Source: Octopus bimaculoides (Eukaryota). From it: 40,801 nucleotides of DNA. The stretch is from NCBI RefSeq assembly GCF_001194135.2, contig NC_068987.1:104413003-104453803 (forward strand). The letters run 5' to 3'. Under the pieces are notes generated by a model. That model had not been told where the DNA came from. It made no database searches and was given only the letters and a program-made list of their open reading frames with translations. A program made the translations under genes and the position numbers. Below, one piece after another: positions 11,880-23,573 of the stretch (position 1 is the first letter of the stretch; each line of letters starts with the position of its first letter).

Positions 11880-14262
11880 CCGGAGGTTTTCGACCATTAC
11901 CTTTTCGGTGCATGTTAGTACCAAACGCCCGTTACCTCGTATCCATACTTACGGCATAATAGCCAGTGAAGGTTTGGGGCTACTCTGTCGTGTCTGCGCT
12001 TATATTCTTTCTGCGCAAGACTTTCACAAGAACTAACAATGTGAGTTACGCTTTCGACCCTTTTCCCACACATTCTGCAGAAGTTTGTTGCACTTGTGTG
12101 GTATATATATCCCTTTTCCCTGAGTTGGTATTGAATACCTAGTTCTGGTCAACAATGATAAGGCTTTCAGTTTTTTTTCTTAAGGTCACCTTTGCTGAAC
12201 CATCTCCCTGATGCTTTCTGGTCTTTTAAGTTGTTAGTTTCACGGTGGAACTGACTATGTAATTCCATGCAGTGTAGTGTTTTTTCTCTCTCGTTTGCTA
12301 TTCGTGATCGGAATTCATTAGCACTCTCAACTCCACTGTTGGTAAATCCTTCTACATTAGCAGCATACAGTAGTAGGTCTTGTTCGCTGTTTACCAAATA
12401 CTCTGTTATGTTTCTTCTTTCACTGTCGATGCACTCGCGTGCACTAACCAGGCCACGTTCACCTTTACAGCTCTTCATGTACAGCCTGTACGCATTCGCC
12501 TTAGGGTGGAGGCACCAAGCATTGTCATCGTCTTTCGGGTAGTGCGATCGAGTTGGTCAATTTCCACTCGTGTCCATTTTAGAATGGGCGTTTTAAAGCG
12601 GACTACAGCAACAGACCATATGTTGATAGCAGTCACAACATACCTTGCTTTGAGTTTCGACTTCAAGAGAAGTTTGAGGCGTTTAAATATGCAGTGGTGA
12701 CCTTGTTTTTCATTTCTCTGTGCAAGATATTGTCCAGCTCAAGGATCCCAAGGTACTTGTGCCCATCATCATCCAGGCCACCCATTCACTCTCTGTTTGA
12801 CAGTTCTATGCCTCTACAATCCCCCCCCCGTTTCAAAGTCAGCAACTCACACTCTGAGATCTCGAATTCCATTCCTATATCCTTGCTACTCATCTGTACA
12901 GTCTCAACCAGCCTCTCCATTTCAATTTCTCTTTTGCGAACAATTTTTATCATCCATGAAGAGAATGTGGTGAAGACGAGGTCCATTCTTCCTCAGCTAG
13001 TAGTGCGCGCTGACTTTGCGTAGAACTACAGAGAGTGGGAACAAGGCTACAACAAATAGCATAGGTGAACAAGAATCTCCCTGGAAGATAACTCTTTTGA
13101 TTGTTACCTCGACTTGTTTTGATTATTACACACACGTTGTAAGTAACTCCACACATGTCGAGTGTTTCCAGAATCCACGAATGTCGTAAGCCATTTTTGT
13201 AAGCCATGTACATGTTTTTTTGGATTCCGTTTGCTGTTCTTCATTACGACCTTGTCTATCACAAGGTGATTCTTAGTGACCTTGGAACCTTTTTGGCACC
13301 CCCTTTTATTCTACTGGAGGTGGAGTGTTTTCCGCAAGGAACGTATATATTTTCCCTGCCAGGATGCCTGTTAACACTTTCCATAAGAGGTTAAGACAAG
13401 CAATAGGTTGGTAATTGCCAATTTCATTGCCCTTTGACCGATCTTTCATCATGTCTTTCTATGATTCATTACGGAACTGCAAATTCTGTAGACAATTGTC
13501 TAATTGCCATCCAATTCGTTTGTGTGTTGCCCTAAATCACTTGAGCCTTGGATTTCACTTGTTTTTGCCGCTCCCTAATTTGGCAGTTTTGATACCTGTA
13601 TTATTACATCTGTTGCTATGCGTACATGAGCCTCTGGTTGATGGAGTTTGGATCTCACGGAATGAATCCACTCAGAACCGTGGTTGTAGGAAACCTCTTG
13701 ACCCCAGATTTTATTCCAAAATTGCCAGGTTTTCTCTGATTCAGGAGGTATATCATCTTCTGTTTCTACCTAAACTCTTAAAAAAGTGCCTCTGGTTATT
13801 TGTGAGTAATCTGTTTTGCTGGAACTGCGACATGTGATCAATGTAGCGTTGTACCTTCAATATTTTTACCCGAACACGTTATGTTAGGGTTTCGATACCA
13901 GTTTTGGATCTTGCCTTTTCTATATGATATTTTGTTTTGAGATATGCCTTCACATCTTCTTTAATATGTTTCCATTGCCCTTTGGACCATTCTTCTATGC
14001 GATTCGGATCTTTACGCAAGGTTTTAATATCACCTTCGATTCTCCGTGTCCACCTGCTTTCCTCTTTTTTTTTATCAAACCAGTTCACCTACTAAAATTG
14101 AAGCAGATCTAATCAAGTCCCTTGTTTCCGGTAGATCTTTGGTTGGAATGGCCTTCTGGAACCCATCAACCTTTTGGGTCGCGCGTTTCATACTGTCACG
14201 GTCGAAGCATCTCAAATTGAGTGGCTCGATCTCTTCTCTTGTAACAATTATTTCCTCGAGTC
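11880..14262 (-). mobile_element. R4/Dong-clade non-LTR retrotransposon (RT plus CCHC knuckle), 5'-truncated, RLE domain lost, many stops and frameshifts
   Basis: Minus-strand motifs in order: WTRRIEGDIKTLRKD, GNYQPIACLNLLWKVLTG (13361-13420), KNHLVIDKVVMKN, IFQGDSCSPMLFVVAL (13035-13100), ILFMDD (FMDD at 12949-12960), KLKARYVVTAINIWSVAVVR..DRTTRKTM, GERGLVS, CRMCGKRVESVTHIVSSC (about 12025-12078). Confidence 0.92.

Positions 14263-14324
<62 letters not shown>
14263..14324. repeat. (TTA)n microsatellite abutting the LINE 5' junction
   Basis: Direct reading. Confidence 0.95.
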
Positions 14325-14385
14325 TGTTCCGATTCATTAAATTATGATTTCAAATACTGCCAAAGTCATCTTCGCTGTTCATCCT

Positions 14386-14560
14386 NNNNNNNNNNNNNNN
14401 NNNNNNNNNNNNNNNNNNNNNNNNNNNNNNNNNNNNNNNNNNNNNNNNNNNNNNNNNNNNNNNNNNNNNNNNNNNNNNNNNNNNNNNNNNNNNNNNNNNN
14501 NNNNNNNNNNNNNNNNNNNNNNNNNNNNNNNNNNNNNNNNNNNNNNNNNNNNNNNNNNNN
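14386..14560. other. Assembly gap (N run)
   Basis: N characters. Confidence 1.
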
Positions 14561-14594
14561 TATTATTTATTGCTGTTGTTGGTTGTGGCGATAT

Positions 14595-14688
14595 TGGCGT
14601 TGCTGTTGCTTTTGTTGTTGTTTTTGTTATTGTTATTATTGTTATTATTATTATTATTATTATTAGTAGTAGTAGTAGTAGTAGTAGT
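14595..14688. repeat. (TTG)/(TTA)/(GTA)n trinucleotide tract
   Basis: Direct reading. Confidence 0.9.
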
Positions 14689-15634
14689 AACCGAAGTGAA
14701 ACGTAACAACGTACTGTTTGCACAAACTTTGTCTTTACTTATACCATACAAGATGAACACCAGTAATGACACAAGCCTAATTAGATTCAGTTTGTAAGGA
14801 GACCAGCGAAAATATTCATTTATTTTTCGCTCTGTCTTTGTTACTCGTGGCTGTCCTGAGGGCGTCGTGTGGCCAGTATCTTCTGTTGAGCAGGCCTCAA
14901 TAGATTGGATTTAGGAGCTGTTAAATGACAACGTGCTGCAAGGCGATAAGAATTAACTGCATTTGGAGAGAAATATAGGATAGCCTCTCTGACGACCACC
15001 CTCTCTTTTTTTTTTTTTTGCAACCTCCAGCCACTACATTTTATTCGAAATATGGATCCATTCGTTTCTATTGTCTTCTGCAACACTCCATTGTAAAGTT
15101 TCTATAAAGATATATGTTATTTGTTTTCTCTTCAGAAAAAATGTTTTCAGATCCTTTTGTTATATTTCTTGCAAGTGTCCCTTTCTCCTATTGGTACATC
15201 GAATACATAGTATTGTTTATCACGTTTTCTTTGTTTATTTAACACACACACACACACACACACACACAACTTTTCCTCCCTTCCTTCTCTCTTTCACTCT
15301 TTGCCTTTCATTTCAGGTTTCTGTCTATCACTTGCGTAAGCTTTCATATCCTCCTCATTCATTTGCTCATACTTTTTTATGTAGGATGTTCACACTTTCA
15401 TTCACTTTAGTGTAGAAGACTGTTAGCTTCTGATATAACGGTTAGGAATTATCTTAGAGATTCTTACTCTACACGTTACATTTCTTTAACTCTTTCCCTG
15501 AATTTATATCATATGGAAAATTATCCAATTGCCCTGTTTAGCTCAGTGTTCTCTGTACGATGGCACCCACTTGTGAGTTCACCAAGGGTTGCTGAGTGTT
15601 TAGAAGGGCCATGAATGAGTTTTATCAAATAAAT

Positions 15635-15871
15635 ACTCTTTACTCTTTTACTCTTTTATTTGTTTCAGTCATTTGTCTGCGGCCATTCTGGAGCATGGCC
15701 TTTAGTCGAGCAAATCAACCCCAGGACTTATTCTTTGTAAGCCTAGTACTTATTCTATCGGTCTCTTTTGCCGAAGCGCTAGGTTACGGGAACGTAAACA
15801 CACCACCATCGGTTGTCAAGCGATGTTGAGGGGGGGGGGGGAACAAACACAGACACACAAACATATACACG

Positions 15872-15905
<34 letters not shown>

Positions 15906-16071
15906 TACGACAGGCTTCTTTCAGTTTCCGTCTACCAAATCCACTCACAAGGGCTTGGTCGGCCCGAGGCTATAGTAGAAGACACTTGCCCAAGGTGCCA
16001 CGCAGTGGGAATGAACCCAGAACCATGTGGTTGGTAAGCAAGCTACTTACCACACAGCCACTCATACGCCT
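15635..16071 (-). mobile_element. SINE family A, full length
   Basis: Reverse complement of the 27741-28156 copy: tRNA-like head, ccttgggcaagtgtctt core-like motif, internal (TA/CA) tract, (TAAAAGAG)n tail. Confidence 0.95.
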
Positions 16072-17067
16072 ATTTAAACTTCATGTAATATTTATAATTT
16101 TATATACATTTTCAAACAAATCTTTGCAGAGATTAGTGTACAAGTCAGGTATGGTGTTATTAGTGAGCAGAAGACATAACTGATGATGCGCCAAAATCCA
16201 ATATAACTTTGTTGTAAAGTCCTTGCTTTCTCTAAAAGTTTTGTAGCCTATGACATACATTTCTACACAAATATCTAAAAAGTACTTAGTAGATGGGATA
16301 GTGTAAGGAAATAAGGATAATAAATCATTGATCAAGATTGACTTTTGTTTGATTTAAATAATCTGTTACTCGTGAAGACATGCAAAAGAGATGTTTGTAA
16401 AACGCCATTAAATGAAAAGAGGCTGTTATGGCCGAGAAACAATTGTTTAGACGATTATTAATCAAACTTACTATTTTACTCCCCGAATGATGTTAGAGAG
16501 AAGTAAGGGATCATAATCGCTGGTCGATATCGAATGCAGGATAATTAATTTTTTATTTGATTCAAATTACAAAATTTCTTCCCGAACTACAAAAATCTCT
16601 ATATAGATATTTCCAATTAATTTTAGATATTCGATTTAAATAATTTATAGTAGGAATCTCTGACAGCCCATGCGCTCTAGTTCCGACCCCATAAAGGCAG
16701 CCAATGATTGACTGAAACTAGACCCGTAAACATGTTCCTCCACGTAATACACAACCCAAACTCACAAAACCAACCCCTCCAAATGATTCATTCAAAGCTA
16801 TGCTATAGCAAAGATCATGGTCTACAATGCTCGAAGGCTATGGTACCATATAAACTGGGTTTTATTCTACTCTACAACGCATGCAAGGCGATCGTTTGAA
16901 TCACGAAAGATGGCTTCCTACAATTCGCCATTTGCAATCTGTCCCTCCTCTCAAGCTAAGGGAAATATTTTTTTTTGTCCAAAGTTAAAAACAATGTCTA
17001 CTAACTTTACGGAATCCTACTTTTATCTTGTTCTTGACTATGATGGTTCCGTAAGTAATTTTTTTTA

Positions 17068-17367
17068 TGCTCCCTTTTAAAGCCTAGCCAGGCTCATGGG
17101 CCCGGTTTCCCGATTTCTATGGCGTATGTGTTCCCCACAAGCTGGACGGGACGCCAGTCTATCGCAGCGTTACTCAAGAAACAGAAAGAAAGAGTGAGAG
17201 AAAGTTGGAGCGAAAGAGTACAACAGGGGTCGCCCCCCCCCTGCCGGAGCCTCGTGGAGCTTTAGGTGTTTTCACTCAATAAACACACACAACGCCCGGT
17301 CTGGGAATCGAAACCGTGATCCTTTGACTGCGAGTCCGCTGCCCTAACCACTGGGCCAATGCGCCTC
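17068..17367 (-). mobile_element. SINE family C, head H2 + tail T2, full length
   Basis: Minus strand: gaggcgcattggcccagtggttagggcagcggactcgc...ggtttcgattcccagaccgggcg...gctgcgatagactggcgtcccgtccagc...gcctggctaggctttaaaaggg. Confidence 0.92.
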
Positions 17368-17374
17368 TAAATAA

Positions 17375-17588
17375 ATGCGCTCTTTTAAAGTCTAGCCAGG
17401 CTCATGGGCCCGGTTTCCCGGTTTCAATGGTGTATGTGTTCCCTAGCTGGACATTACTCATTTTTGCCAGCTGAGTGGACTGGAGCAACGTGAAATGAAG
17501 TGTTTTGCTCAAGAACACAACGCGTCGCCCGGTCCAGGAATAGAAACCACAATCTTACGATCCTGATGCTGACACCCTACCCACTAAG
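17375..17588 (-). mobile_element. SINE family C, head H1 + tail T2
   Basis: Minus strand: cttagtgggtagggtg...ggcgacgcgttgtgttcttgagcaaaacactt...ccactcagctggcaaaaatgagta followed by the same T2 tail as 17068-17150. Confidence 0.88.
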
Positions 17589-17706
17589 TTGGGGTGAAAG
17601 AGTACAACAGGGGTCGCCACCATCCCCTGCCGGAGCCTCGTGGAGGTGTTTTCGCTCAATAAACACACACAACGCCCGGTCTGGGAATCGAAACCGTGAT
17701 CGTCCG
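17589..17706 (-). mobile_element. SINE family C head H2 body fragment
   Basis: Near-duplicate of 17207-17320. Confidence 0.88.
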
Positions 17707-18179
17707 ACCACTTCCGTAAGTAATATGGGTGTATATCTCCTTTCTGTAAGGAATATCCTATTACTTACACATTCAATATTACAAAGTCAATGGAAATTGT
17801 TATTAATATCCTTCATCATCCCTTCAAATCAATTTTCCTCATCAATGTTTCCATAGTATAATTTCCGCAGAGCCAGATATACAGAAGACTTACTTCTGTA
17901 TCACTGCCTTCTGATAGTTTTGACAAAAGTAAATTTGTTGGCCTTGAAATAAATCCAGTCCCGAGTTTCGACTGTATGTCACATATTGTTGTATTAAATT
18001 CCTCTTCTTCCTACTTCAAACAACTCACACCATATACATAGATGTACCATTTTTAATTCTTCTTTAATCTTTCCGTCCATATGCACCAGTCACTTCTCTT
18101 GCCAGACTTGAAATTCATGGAACCTAGCGTTTTACTTTTTCCAGAATGAAAACACAACCAGCAAAACGTTTCAAACAGT

Positions 18180-18740
18180 CTCATCTGTATACAGGAACAA
18201 CCACACCTAAAGTTATCAAAGCCAATGCAAATGCTACAGTCTCATAAACTCTGGTGAATTCTCAAGTTTCTGAAACTATGTATTGGAATTTGACTTCCTT
18301 CTATAAAGCCAGAGAATACATAAAATCTAATCGGTTGTTAATTCTGTAAGAACCAGTAAGTGCATCTAGCTTAAAGTATAACTCATATATCTGAAAGACT
18401 GCATTGCTGCAGCAAACCAACTGAAGTAGCCTTCATGTGCTTGTTCTATCTTCTAGAAATAACTGCCAAATATCGTTCAAAACACACCTTGCATTATTTA
18501 AAAAAAAACAGAAATGTAGAGCCACACTGCAAGAACTTTGGACATGAGACTGCAAGGTAAGGTAAACCTGGGGTTCACAACAGCAACAAGCTGGACTGCA
18601 TCCCTCACATTCTCCCATTCTTTGCTCAGTCTGCAACAAGCACCAACTCAAAACTAAAATGCTGGAATTTACTTTCTAACCTTGGTTTCCAACAAGGAAC
18701 TACGAAGATCTTGGATGTGACCTTGACATCTTCGTTGAAG
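18180..18740 (-). pseudogene. Possible decayed rhodopsin-class GPCR (FMRFamide-receptor-like)
   Basis: Across frameshifts: KIFVVP..NSSILVLS (TM1-like, 18646-18663), LVAD, LPCSLMSKVLAVWLYISV (18519-18530 = AVWL), CFERYLAV (ERY at 18470-18478), AVFQIYELYF, VYETVAFALALITLGVVVP (TM5-like, VVP at 18193-18201). Order fits; several spacings are short. Confidence 0.33.
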
Positions 18741-19114
18741 AAATAATATTAGAAAAATGCATAGCGGTGATTGTCTCCTGTTAGCGGTGTAAACAAGAAT
18801 GCTCATATGCACCACAAAACCATATGAGAGATTCTCTCATGGTTAATATCGCAGTATTGTATGTTCTTACACAATATCCATTTTATGTGTTGAAAAATTT
18901 TACTTTTTGATATCAATACTACTTCTGTCGTTTTAATTAATAGAGAAATAGTTGGAATAATGTGGTCTAAGAATAAACGTATTTGATAATTAAACATACT
19001 TGAATGCTAATTGGAAAGAAACAAGGATGAGAAAGAAAAAAAATATATAAATTGCTTTCAGAAGGGTAAACTAATTATTTAAAAATCCCTGTAAGGTTTT
19101 TTGTTTTTACCTTT

Positions 19115-19370
19115 TACGTTTTATTTTTTCTTGTTTCAGTCAGTGGACTGCGGCCATGCTGGGGCACCGCCTTGAAGGGTTTGGCCGAATTATTCGACCG
19201 CAATATATACTTGTTTATGTTTGGTACATATTCTATCGGTTTCTTCATCGAACCGCTAGGTTACGGTAATGTGAACAAACCCGCGCTGGTTGTCAAGCGG
19301 TGTTGGGCGAGGACAAAAACAAGTACACGTACAAACATAGACATACACACATATACACATACACACACAC

Positions 19371-19401
<31 letters not shown>

Positions 19402-19671
19402 CATGCATACAGATATATATACACACATATATATATTTATATACTGAGGGTGATAAATTGAATATTAATTTCAATTTAAAGCCAATGGTCTAGCATATAA
19501 AAAATCTGATAATTCAGAAAAATCGTATTACATGCGTATAAGAAGGGATGGCCACTAGGTGGACAGTCCACCTAGTAGTCATCCCTAATACACACACATA
19601 TATACATATCAATACATATATATATGCATACACACACACTTATATACATACACATACACACACTTAGACAC

Positions 19672-19751
<80 letters not shown>

Positions 19752-19917
19752 TACAGGCTTCCACACTGTTTCCGTCAATCAAATTCACTCTCAAGGCATT
19801 TGTCAGCTTGGAGCTAGCGCAGAAGACACTTGCTCGAGATGCTGCACAAGCAGGACTGAACCCGAAACCAGGTGGCTGTGACGCGCGGTTCTTAACCATA
19901 CAGCCATGCGTGCACCT
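19115..19917 (-). mobile_element. Diverged SINE family A, full length, with expanded internal microsatellite and a roughly 150-bp insert
   Basis: 3' half at 19115-19330 (cttgtttcagtcagtggactgcggccatgctggggcaccgcc), 5' half at 19750-19917 (tttccgtcaatcaaattcactc...gaagacacttgctcgag...accatacagccatg). Confidence 0.8.
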
Positions 19918-20685
19918 ATATAGAGTTACGATGTTTGCTTCCGGCATCTCTGTCGCAGATAGGCGAAGCAAGAAGACACCATTCTTTAATGTGCTGGTTG
20001 CCTTAACTGGCTTTTGTTAATGAAGATAATTATTCTTCCATGAACGTTTGATTGACAAAATATGTTGACAAATGAGCATATGAAGATAGACAAGTGAGGA
20101 ACTTGAGCAGTGAAACTAAATGATTAGATTCCAACCGCGTTTTCACCCAGTTTTTACTATTTTAACGCCCCTACGCTATACGTAGTTTCTTTTGCATCGC
20201 TTTTATTCCCTTCACTTTTCTGAACTACAATATCAATGATAAAATATAACAAATAGCGTCTGATCTCTCTCTGCCAGCAGATAAATACAATTTTGGTTGT
20301 GGAGTTGTGAAGCTGTCTAATGAATTTATTATACGGGTGTGAAGTTGTATAACTTTACCTTATTGTCGACGTCAGTTGGCACAATGAATTATTGTTAGTC
20401 TCCTCCGATGTTCTCTGCTACAACACGCATGGCAAAAGGTCATATGTCTTGCGACAAAATGAGCACGAAATATGGAAACCAATATCAACTGTAAAGGACA
20501 TATTCTTTATAACACTCTCGCCTACTCTAATTACTGATTTTCAGTTTAAATATGATAGAAACTTCGGATCTACACTCTGTACACCATCTCATCTACTTCT
20601 GATTTTTATCATGAAAACACATTTAATGCCTCACAAACCATCTTCATATCTAGAATACAATTTAATGTAGCATAAAGTTTTAGGC

Positions 20686-20805
20686 TTTATTCTTTTATTC
20701 CTTTATTTGATTCAGTCATTTGACTGTGGCCATGCTGGAGCACTGCCTTTAGTCGAGCAAATCGACCCCAGGACTTATTCTTTGTAAGCCTAGTACTTAT
20801 TCTAT
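20686..20805 (-). mobile_element. SINE family A 3' half
   Basis: tcagtcatttgactgtggccatgctggagcactgcctttagtcgagcaaatcgaccccaggacttattctttgtaagcctagtacttattctat. Confidence 0.9.
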
Positions 20806-21156
20806 AGTGTTGTTGACATTATTATGGTCGTCCATGACATTTTATGTGTGTGTGTGTGTGTGTGTGTGTGGGTTCGCTTCGTATGCTGTATGTATCCATG
20901 CGCTTTATATAGTTTTCTTTCTTTATTTTATCTATCGCTATGTCCTATATTTATCACAGGTATGTGACAGATATATTTATATATTTACTTATTTATCGAT
21001 TTATATATTTATTTATTTACTTTTTTTTATACATGTGTCTCTATTTCTCATAAGTACCACAGGTAAGTGCATATATGTCTATTGTGTGTATATTACCCTG
21101 TATGCTTCTGTGTATTATTTACAGTTTTTCCCTCTCTCTTCTCATTCCTACTGTCT

Positions 21157-22787
21157 TTAGTCAGGTGACGTGGTGTGGTGGTGGGTGTTACTGTTCCATT
21201 CGTGTTTTTTAGTGAGGCTCGGTCTGTCTACTGTTACGTGTTTAGCCTCTGTGATATGTCTGAGTGTCGTGTCAGTTCTATGTGTCGATACTTTAACCTC
21301 TATGCTATCAATCGAGCCTCCACTGACAAACTTTTACTTTCTTTTAGCTCTCGCCAATGTTCACCTATGCGCTCTCCTATGCTGCATGCAGTCTCTACAA
21401 TGTAGGGAGTTGTCATGTTTCTGCACTGTCTCACAATACATCGTAAGCTATACTCTACATTCCTAACCTTACAGTTAACCTGTGGGTTCATCCTACATAC
21501 AACACAATTGTACTCCGTACAATTAAGGGGGACCTATCAAAGGGATAGGTATTGCAGATCAGGGATTTTAAAGGGGCACCAGACCTCTCTACTACTTTAA
21601 TTCGTAGATTAGCCTTACTTAATGTTTTTTCTAAAAAGGTGTGCTAGTTCGCTGCCAGGGGTAACATCATCGAAGATGACACTGGTATTTTTTGTTGTCA
21701 TACCAAGTGTTGGCCTTATTTATCTTATTACTGGTCCTTTCCGTGCTGTTCCAGGATTTACTCCTGTACAGCGGGAAGATTCCCTTATTATCACTCTCTA
21801 TGATGGCTTTGTACTTAGTCCTGGTTCCTTTGTACACTCTAATCCTGTCTCTTTGGTTGTAGCCAGAGAACTGCCTGCAGTAGATGAAGTGTTGTGTGTG
21901 TCTTTCCAATTCCACAGGGTCGCACATGCGAGACACATTCCTCATCACTCTCACCAAGTCAGCTATAAGAATGTTGAACTTGGCGTTGACCGCAATCGCT
22001 ACGTTCTTGTGAACAAGGTACTGAGAGGCCATGGGTTTGGCATAATGAGAGTGAAGGATCTGGACATTACCGTTCTTCGTTTCTAGCGAGAGTTCAGTGT
22101 CTAAAACGTAGTTAGGGTACTTACTAAGGTAGTCTATCGTTATTTGTATACTCTGGTGGATGGAGCTAGCTATTTGCTGGATGCTCTCCATAGCGTTAGC
22201 TTCTAGAACATCAACATTGTCTTGTAGGGGTACTCTGGCTACTATGTTGATATCATTCACGTAGCGGGTGTATATGATTAGGTTTGTGGTGTTCTATGCT
22301 AATTTCTCTTTAAGTCTCCTAGCCCATCATACCATAAATAGGTTATCCACATCGCCAGCAATACTGACACTATTGGCAGCAATACTGACACCGATGGTTA
22401 TCCACATCGCCAGCAATACTGACTTTCTTTTGGGCGTATATCTCGTTATGAAACTTAAATATATGGCCCTTGAGTGTGGTCTTGGTATTCGCACCCACCA
22501 CATGTGCGACCATCCTTTTAATCGGATCATTATTTTCGGGGGTCCGTATAGCTCTGGTCCACCCGTTCTATCTCACTTTAGGGATCTGCTTAGCCATAGC
22601 AGTTATAGTGGATGGGTGGGTTTACCTCATATCGATCTAGTGAAGCAGAAACAACTAAGGTCATGTTTATCTAAGTAGTCATTGTCGCATGTCAGTCTCA
22701 GGAGGAGGCCTAGTTCTTCAGTGTCAACACCACGGAACTTCACATCACTCTCACCGATCACCTCCACACATTTCTCCACAGCAAAGT
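21157..22787 (-). mobile_element. Penelope-like element (RT plus C-terminal GIY-YIG endonuclease), decayed, 5'-truncated
   Basis: Minus strand: GHIFKFHNEIYAQK..SIAGDVDNLFM, IYTRYVNDINI (YVDD-like, about 22250-22268), HYAKPMAS..K.NIL..DLVRVMRNVS, TPGSELA..VVERSG..L..L...PF..C.EYNCVVC, NVEY...C...C...YIVETACSIGERIGEH, RHITEAKHV..DRPSLTKKHEW; stop at 21157-21159. Confidence 0.9.
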
Positions 22788-22900
22788 GACCGATAGAATA
22801 AGCCCTAGGGTCGATTTGTTCGACAAAAATAAAACCCCTTTAAGGCGGTGCCCCAGCATGGTCGCAGTTAAATGACCTGAAACAAGTAAAAGAATAAAAA
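22788..22900 (+). mobile_element. SINE family A 3' half (variant)
   Basis: gaccgatagaataag...gtcgatttgttcgac...aaggcggtgccccagcatggtcgcagttaaatgacctgaaacaagtaaaagaataaaa. Confidence 0.88.
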
Positions 22901-23390
22901 ATTATTATCACAATTATTTCATTTATTTATCAGATTTTTTTTTTAAAAAAAGAACAAAATCGTGGGTCATAAAAGCAGACAAACTGAATTAAGAAAATCA
23001 CGGAGGGGCGCATATTAAAGAAAGGAACTAACTTTATTTTCGGGCTGTTCTATTCATTGCGCCAACATGATTGATTATGGGATCAATTGATACAGTTGCA
23101 AGATTGTTTATCGCTGACCAGGGCCCTCCTGATATCGTTGTTGCTGGGGCTGTGCCAGTATGTCGCTTCCATTGTATTCTGATTGTTGTCTTTGCTATTC
23201 ACACATCTCAAACCCGTTCTTTATCGAGCAATCTCACGTTTTATGGGGGGTTCTTTTTTTTTTTTCCTCCCTCTTATTTGTTTATTTTATATGTATTTTT
23301 GATATATTTATCGTTGGATTCCTCCTCATCATTGCTCTAATAATGCATTTTCCTTCCATCACCATTACCACCATCATCCTCATCATCATT

Positions 23391-23494
23391 TTCTTCTTCT
23401 TCTTCTTCTTCTTCTTCTTCTTCTTCTTCTTCTTCTTCTTCTTCTTCTTCTTCCACTCTTGCTGCTGCTGCTGCCGCTGCTGCTGCTGCTGCTG

Positions 23495-23572
<78 letters not shown>
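23391..23572. repeat. Compound (TTC)n-(GCT)n-(ACT)n microsatellite
   Basis: Direct reading. Confidence 0.95.

Positions 23573-23573
<1 letters not shown>

Noticed and set aside
5913-14772. Long ORFs made mostly of X
   Set aside because: They span N-gaps and are artefacts.
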